The translations under genes were made by a program, and so were the position numbers. Of a DNA stretch of 64,000 bases, positions 54,513-64,000 are shown piece after piece. Source of the DNA: Eledone cirrhosa. Its lineage: Eukaryota. The notes under the pieces were generated by a model, which was given only the letters and a program-made list of their open reading frames with translations, searched no databases and was not told where the DNA came from. Where the stretch lies: assembly GCA_964016885.1 (NCBI GenBank), contig OZ024755.1:27280001-27344000 (forward strand). Direction: 5' to 3'. Position 1 is the stretch's first letter, and every line of letters begins with the position of its first letter.

Positions 54513-55547
54513 GAAGTTGGGATAGCTACTACTGTTCATTTACAATCCTTGCCATAATTAATCACTGGAGTATATTCTAAATTCTTTTTGTGGGGTAAAT
54601 TGTTTCGAGTCCTGGTGTTTCTCCAGTGCATGGCGCATACAATAGTCCACTATGATGATAAAAAGGTAGGGAGCCAATGTATCTCCCTGGATCACTCCAG
54701 CCAGTATCTCAAAGAACTCTGTTATCCCATCAGGTGTAATGACTTGGGCTTTGGTGTTGGTGTTGAGCAGTGATATCAGGTCCACTATCCTCTTGGGGAT
54801 TCCATAAGCCTGTAAGATCTTCATCAGGCAGTGACACAGAGGAGACTGAGGTTAGCTGGACATGCTCACCGACATCCAGAGTTGACACTGCACTCAGTGC
54901 TCCTGTGGGAGACCCTACATGAACACACTGGAAGAGGAAGACCAAGGTTAACGTATGTTGATGCCCTAAGGACAGACACTGGTCTGTTGGATAATGACAG
55001 CGATAATGAGGGACAGAGTCCGCTGGAGAGAACTCGTTCATGGATCTCGATAATTTTCCCCGCCCTAGAATTGTTTTGATAGTTTCTCTAACCTACTTAA
55101 TTTTGTCATTTAATTATTGCTATTACTATTATTATTTTTAAATTAGATAATTTTATGTATTTCGAGATTACATATACATCTATGATTTGAATAGAAAGGC
55201 TTTTTTGTGAGTCTGTGTCCATATATGAGGATTGTGAAGTTGTGTGGGAGTGACTATGCATGGGTACATACATCTGGGAGAATAAAACCCTTTTTTGGTG
55301 TATAATGAATATTTTTTTATATATTGAGAAAAGTAGCAGTAGTCAAATAGTATCACTTTTTGCTGAAAAATGGCTATTTATAATATGTGAACAAAGTTTC
55401 GCTGAGATTTTTTGGTGTGTTTAAAGAGATGAACACGTTGAGGTAATTGTTCATAAAATGATTGACTTTGATAAGTCCTAATGAGGATGAAACAATTGTA
55501 TATCAAGATTTGGTGTGAAATTGTATTTGGTAATATATATATATATC

Positions 55548-56990
55548 CATTATCTCGTAGGCTCTTAGAAAACTAGGTGTAGATGAATGGCTTGTGAGAG
55601 CTATACAAGCCATGTATAAAGAAACAGTCAGTAAGGTTAGAATTAACAATGAATATAGTGAAGAATTTAGTGTAAAAGTTGGTGTTCATCAGAGCTCTGT
55701 CCTTAGCCCCCTCCTATTTATTATTGCCCTTTAGGCTATAACAGAGGAGTTTAAGACTGGCTGCCTATATGCAGATGATCTCACTCTCATAGCTGAATCT
55801 ATGGCTGAACTAGAGAAGAAATTCCAAACATGGAAGCATGACCTAGAATCAAAAGGCCTTAAAGTTAACTTGTCTAAGACTAAAGTTCTAGTTTGTAGAA
55901 AGGAAAATAGGGTACAGGTGCCCTCTGGGAAATGGCCATGCTCAGTGTGTAGGAAAGGAGTAGGGAGAAATTCCATAATTACCCAGATGGTTCTATAGAA
56001 ATAGTGGACACTTTCTGTTACCTGGGTGACAAAATCAGTAGTGGTGGAGGGTGTTCTGAAAGTACAGAAGCCAGAGTTAGAACGGGCTGGAAAAAGTTCA
56101 GAGAGCTTATACCACTGTTGGCCACAAAATGTTTCTCTCTAAAAATGAAAGGCAGATTGTATGATGCCTGTATACTAACAGCAATGCTACATGGCAGTGA
56201 GACATGGGCATTATATGCAGAGGACCTGCGTAGACTGGAATGGAATGAAGCATGCATGCTCCGTTGGATGTGTAATAGTAATATATGTGAACGGCAAAGC
56301 ATAAATGAACTAAGTGAGAAATTAAGAATAAGAGGGATCAGATGCTGTTTACTTGAGAGAAGACTGCATTGGTATGGTCACGTGATGAAAGACGACAGCT
56401 GTATAAAAAAGTGCAGAGCGATCAAAATTGATGGAAGTTACGGAGTAGGTAGACCCAGAAAAATCTGGGACGATCTGATAAATTCCGACCTTACACACTT
56501 GCACCTCTCTAAGAGGATGTCACTGGACCAAGATCTTTGGCACCACGCAGTAATACAGATGACCCGCCTTACCTATGTACAAAGCAAAAGCTACCGTCAG
56601 TAGGCACTTCCTAACCAAATATACACCCCAATTCACTACCCCTACCCTATCCTCCCACTCCCACTAACACCACCCTCTCTCTGTAAAGTTGGTACCATAA
56701 CATCCAGTTCAAATAAATGAGATAATGAGATCAAGATTGTGTAGGTGTCACAACAAAAACACACACAGTCCACGCTGTAATGTGGCCGTGTAGGTAACAC
56801 GGTAAAAAGTTCCCAGTTCCACACTGTAAATGTGGTTGGTGTAAGGAAGGGCATCCAGCCGTAGAAAACCTGCCAGATAGTCCTATATGAGCAAGACACG
56901 GTCACCCGACCAACCTTGCCTCAAATTGGGACAACTCCCGTCTAACCCATGCTTGCGTGGAAGATGGACGTTAAACGATGATGATGATGA
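55548..56990 (+). mobile_element. Decayed 5'-truncated RTE LINE (copy B)
   Basis: Paralog of 28808-30250. Confidence 0.9.
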
Positions 56991-57823
56991 TATATATGTA
57001 TATAGAGAGAGAGAGTGAGAGAGAGAGAGAGAGAAAGAGAGATATTAGGGATTGTAACGTCAAGTTACTGTTGGTTCATCAAAGTGAGCATTCTATGTGT
57101 AGTGTTTAGAATATACTTAGGGGATGCACTAAACAGAATGTAACAATAATAATAATTGTTTCTACATTTGGCACAAGGCCAGCAATTATTCCAGTGCATT
57201 ACTGTATATAATAATTGTTTCTACTTTTGGCACAAGGCCAGCAATTATCCCAGTGTATTACTGGTACTTTATTTTATCGACCCCCATAAGGATGAAAGGC
57301 AAAGTTAACCTCGGCGGGATTTGAACTCAGTCCGTAAAGGGACGTAACTGTGCTGCAAAGCATGGCGCCCGACCCTCTACCGATACTGCCAATTCACCGT
57401 AACAATAATAATAATTGTTTCTACTTTAGGCAGAAGGCCAGCAAATACCCAGTGCATTACAAAGTTAACCTCGTAAGGATGAAAGGCAAAGTTAACCTCG
57501 GCGGGATTTGAACTCAGAATGGCAAGGGCCCATACATACATAATTGTTTCTAGTTTAGGCACAAGGCTAGCAATTATCCAGTGCATTACTGGTACTTTAT
57601 TTTATCGACCCCGTAAGGATGAAAGGCAAAGTCAACCTCGGCGGGATTTGAACTCAGATCGTAAAGGGACAATAATAATAATAAGTATGGACGAGGTATC
57701 AAATTTTCATGAAGTTTATTCAGGTGTGACGCGTGTTTCATGATTGGTCAGCTCAAGGTTTGATCTTGGGATCAAGACTACTGTTAACTTAATGACAGTA
57801 TTAAACTAACAGAAGTCTGATGA

Positions 57824-57868
<45 letters not shown>

Positions 57869-57999
57869 AAGGACTAGCGTCCGAAACGTTAAGACCCTCT
57901 TCCTGCTATATCAAGCGTTAACCTAATATATACCGTCCATATACCGATTGTGTTGTTATTTCTGTTTACCTTTTACATGCATATATATATATTTATATA

Positions 58000-58330
58000 T
58001 ATATTATTATAGATAACCAGGAATCAGTGATTCATCAAAACACAATTTATTAACATATTACATATGTTTCTACGACGATCAGCTCAAGGCAGGATCTATT
58101 ATAGATTGAACCTGACTCTGCATTCGCAAGGTCCTCAGATATGTTTATCATTTTCAAGGCATTTCTTCCAACTTGAAAACGATAAACATATCTGAGGACC
58201 TTGCGAATGCAGAGTCAGGTTCAATCTATAATAGATCCTGCCTTGAGCTGATCGTCGTAGAAACACATGTAATATGTTAATAAATTGTGTTTTGATGCAT
58301 CACTTATTCCTGGTTATCTATAATAATATA
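58000..58330. repeat. Long palindrome with HHR pair (copy B; plus-strand HHR 58185-58278)
   Basis: Paralog of 31154-31484. Confidence 0.95.
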
Positions 58331-58672
58331 CTCTGCTCCGCGTGAGCATCAAGTGTTCAAACGGTATACTGCCTATGGATGCATTTATTGCAACCTTACA
58401 ACAACTATATATATATATATGCACACACACAGATAAATATATACATATACTTACAGGCATGTATCCTTCTTTCGAATATATATTTTTTATTTTATTTTCC
58501 TTTTAGTTTTTCTGTTAAAATAGTTGCACATCCCTGTTCATGCCTATACATCGATTTATATATAAAGATACACACATAGACCTACGCATGAATACATATT
58601 TGGTTCAATAAAATAAGGGTCTATTAATGCACTGGGATTTATGCTGTCCTTGTGCCAAAATTAGAAATAATA

Positions 58673-59707
58673 TCAATTGCAAACGTTTTCTAACATTGTC
58701 TTCCATACCAAGTAATGTAACTTGGCCGTTACACTTTGGCTTGCAATTTTCTTGTTGGTCGCCAACTCACACAGTGAAGCTATCTTTTCTGGATGATACC
58801 ATTTCGATGGAAATGATTGATGTTTGGCGTGAATCACTTCAGCTAGAATTCCTGTGATGTAAACGTCTTCCATTGACACATAAGGAAGATATTCTGCCAC
58901 GTCTAACAACAAACAGGAAGTGTTGAAGAGAAACAGATAGATGTTACCTACAGTGTAGTTTGGGTAATACGAATATGGATATTCATTCCAGCTAACTCGA
59001 TATTTTGTGGACCAGCGAAACGGCATAGTTTCTTTGAAGACGTAACCCATAATCATTCTATCCCAAACGTTTTTAGACAAGATAATGTCAAACACCATCG
59101 GTATATTGACAAAAGTGTCATCATCAACTTTCATGACGAATTTGGCCTGGGGGCAATAGTGACGAGACCATTTTAATCCCATGAGCACTTTACGAGTTAG
59201 ATTTCGGTAACTTTCGGTAAAGTTCGCCTGTACGACATCGTTGCACTGAGCACTTTCGTAAAGTAGCTCTCGATTGTGTGCGTCGTTGGGGTGATACCCG
59301 AAGAGGAAAACAACTTTCGTGAGGAGATTAGGAGGCAGGTTTGACGGTTGGTCTCCATATTGGCTTCGTGGCCACGGTTTTCCGATTGATACGCCGCCCC
59401 ACGTGGAACGGATTGCGTCTCGCTGGGATCGTCGCGTGTGCAGGGACACGATGAGGATGAGCAAGAAGGGAGGTCTGTGTCGACAGATTTTCTCACCTGG
59501 AATTGTGTAGGTGAAGTCAAGCGGGTTGATACGTTGCCTGCTCTCACGGTAATGGCGGTATGTATCTTCGATTGACTCCAGGAATCCATTGGTAGGATAA
59601 TTGCGATTGTTGCTCTTAAAATAATGAAAGATTATGACGATCGATATGAGTGAACAACAAAGCAACACAACTTTGAGACATTTTGCCTTCAAAACGCCAC
59701 CAAGCAT
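58673..59707 (-). CDS. GT31 family beta-1,3-galactosyltransferase-like protein, copy 2
   Basis: Same motifs as copy 1; intact frame; 14 amino-acid differences; splice acceptor just above 59754. Confidence 0.92.
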   Translation of the reverse strand: MLGGVLKAKCLKVVLLCCSLISIVIIFHYFKSNNRNYPTNGFLESIEDTYRHYRESRQRINPLDFTYTIPGEKICRHRPPFLLILIVSLHTRRSQRDAIRSTWGGVSIGKPWPRSQYGDQPSNLPPNLLTKVVFLFGYHPNDAHNRELLYESAQCNDVVQANFTESYRNLTRKVLMGLKWSRHYCPQAKFVMKVDDDTFVNIPMVFDIILSKNVWDRMIMGYVFKETMPFRWSTKYRVSWNEYPYSYYPNYTVGNIYLFLFNTSCLLLDVAEYLPYVSMEDVYITGILAEVIHAKHQSFPSKWYHPEKIASLCELATNKKIASQSVTAKLHYLVWKTMLENVCN

Positions 59708-60616
59708 TGGGAGAGAAGTAGAAACTGGAAGCCATGTTCTAGAAAGTGGTTTGCCTAAAGGGAAAAAGAAAAATAAGTAAAAAGAAAATATCAAAAACGG
59801 TTCTATACTTTTATTTCTGTATTTAGATATTAAAATCTGAATATTATAGAAATCGGTAAGATTATATAAAACAGCCAATAAAGCTAACTACATCGAAATA
59901 ATGGCATATGTACTGGGATTTGTTAAACGCATTCAAGGCAATCTTATTGTCTTTTAGTCATTACTATATATTTTACAATACATTTATACGTATATATTTT
60001 TCTTTTGATCAATCATGAAAGGACGAACGTTAAAGTCGACCTCTGTGAGGTTTAACCTTAGAATATAAAAGATCACAACTAAATACCACAAGGCAAAAGC
60101 TGACCTCTCAAGGGCAATGACACAACCATGACGTCTGGCGTCACTCAGTAATACAGAAGACCCGACGTCCACAGGAACAAGCCAAAGCTGAAGCAAATAG
60201 ACAATATGCCCCCCCCCATACATTTATATACATATATATATATACATACATTTATATACATACATATATATACATACATACACATACATATATATACATA
60301 CATACATATATATATATACATACATATAGATACATATATATACAAACATATATACATCATCATCATCATCCTCGTTTAACGTCCACTTTCGACGCTAGCA
60401 TGGGTTAGACGGGAGTTGTCCACTTGAGGCAAGGTTGGTCGAATGACCGTGTCTTGCTCATATAGGACTGCCTGGCAGGTTTTCTACGGCTGGATGCCCT
60501 TCCTAACACCAACCACATTTACAGTGTGGAACTGGGAACTTTTTACCGTGTTACCTACACGGCCACATTACAGCGTGGACTGTGTGTTTTTTTCTTGTGA
60601 CACCTTCACAATCTCG

Positions 60617-62864
<2,248 letters not shown>

Positions 62865-62869
<5 letters not shown>

Positions 62870-62943
62870 TTACAATAATCAAAGTTCAGTTTAAGTCATT
62901 TGACTTAAATGACTTAAACTGAACTTTGATTATTGTAATCTCT
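62865..62943. repeat. Perfect inverted repeat, 37-bp arms, 5-nt loop
   Basis: AGAGATTACAATAATCAAAGTTCAGTTTAAGTCATTT and its reverse complement. Confidence 0.93.
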
Positions 62944-63004
62944 ATATAACTGCTCTGTAAAACAACTGATGTTATTACATTGAGCTATTTATCTTACTGG
63001 TAAT

Positions 63005-63107
63005 AAGATAGTATTGAATGACTATCTTTCACTATTTAAGGTTTGTATAAATAATATATTACCATTAAAGGTTTTATTACATACATAACCATAAATAGTA
63101 TCCTTAA
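63005..63107 (-). ncRNA. Relic hammerhead-like fold, 5' side lost
   Basis: TTAAGGA-t-ACTATTTA...TAAATAGT-GAAA-GATAGT-loop-ACTATC-TT; degenerate core, stem I 5' strand replaced by microsatellite. Related fragment at 51569-51608. Confidence 0.45.
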
Positions 63108-63855
63108 TACATATATATATATATACATACATATATATATACATACATATATATATACATACATATATATATACATATATATATACATACATATATATAT
63201 ACATATATATATACATACATATATATATACATACATATATATATACATACATATATATATACATATATATATACATACATATATATATACATACATATAT
63301 ATATACATACATATATATATACATATATATATATACATACATATATATCTATACATACATATATATATATACATACATATATATATATACATACATGGTG
63401 GCTGCCAACTCGTTTTCGAGTACGGCCACTACTTTATATCCATGTAGGAGAACCCCTACCGATGCGCTGAACGCGTGTGACTTTTTAGTCCAGCCAGCGA
63501 CTTGAAAACTCTGGTACAAACACTACACTTGTGACAATTACTGACACATAGTGCTGGGCCCATGGTACCATGTGACGACAAGTGCAGAGAGATCTCCAGA
63601 TATAAAGCAATGCCTGTGCCGTGAAGCTTTTATAGTGAGCAAAGGCACTGCACAAAGCCAGTCCCACTCTCTTAACCAAGATGATATTTACCAAAAAGAA
63701 GAACAAGTCAACATCATTGGATACCATCAGGGTTGCAGGTGTTATATCAGAGTTTTCCTTCTCCTAGAATTCTGCCTTGACAAAGGCTAAGGGGTCATCT
63801 CTCCCGGTGATTTTGGATGGCCATTGACTCTTAAGAGCTCCTTTGCCCTTTATAC

Positions 63856-63954
<99 letters not shown>

Positions 63955-64000
63955 CATATATATATATACATATATATACATATACATATATATACATATA

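Noticed and set aside
63725-63850. HDV-like or twister ribozyme at a LINE 5' end
   Set aside because: An 8-bp GGCAAAGG/CCTTTGTC helix exists, but the HDV P3/L3/P1.1 arrangement and the twister GUCCCAAGC-type loop are missing.

Overview
AT-rich, microsatellite-laden animal genomic DNA, probably cephalopod (inferred only from SINE and microsatellite style). The only clear host genes are two near-identical GT31-family beta-1,3-glycosyltransferase CDSs (31784-32818 and 58673-59707, minus strand) plus two pseudogene fragments. They lie in a recent duplication (about 22259-38596 vs 45544-63663). The rest is RTE, CR1-like and Tx1-like LINE pieces, Penelope-like elements (PLEs), tRNA-derived SINEs and (TA/CA)n arrays. 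The main signal missed by the ORF track is non-coding. A near-perfect tandem array of 19.4 x 310-bp units (5392-11403) carries a complete type I hammerhead ribozyme (HHR) in every full unit, the architecture of a non-LTR retrozyme / circular-RNA retroelement. About ten further, largely unrelated HHR folds occur elsewhere: terminally redundant monomers, a U3-A8 core variant, a palindromic sense/antisense pair, and two HHRs sharing a conserved stem-II module. The two glycosyltransferase copies differ almost only by amino-acid-changing substitutions, clustered in the likely acceptor-binding segment. All folds and counts were made by eye; boundaries of decayed elements are approximate.
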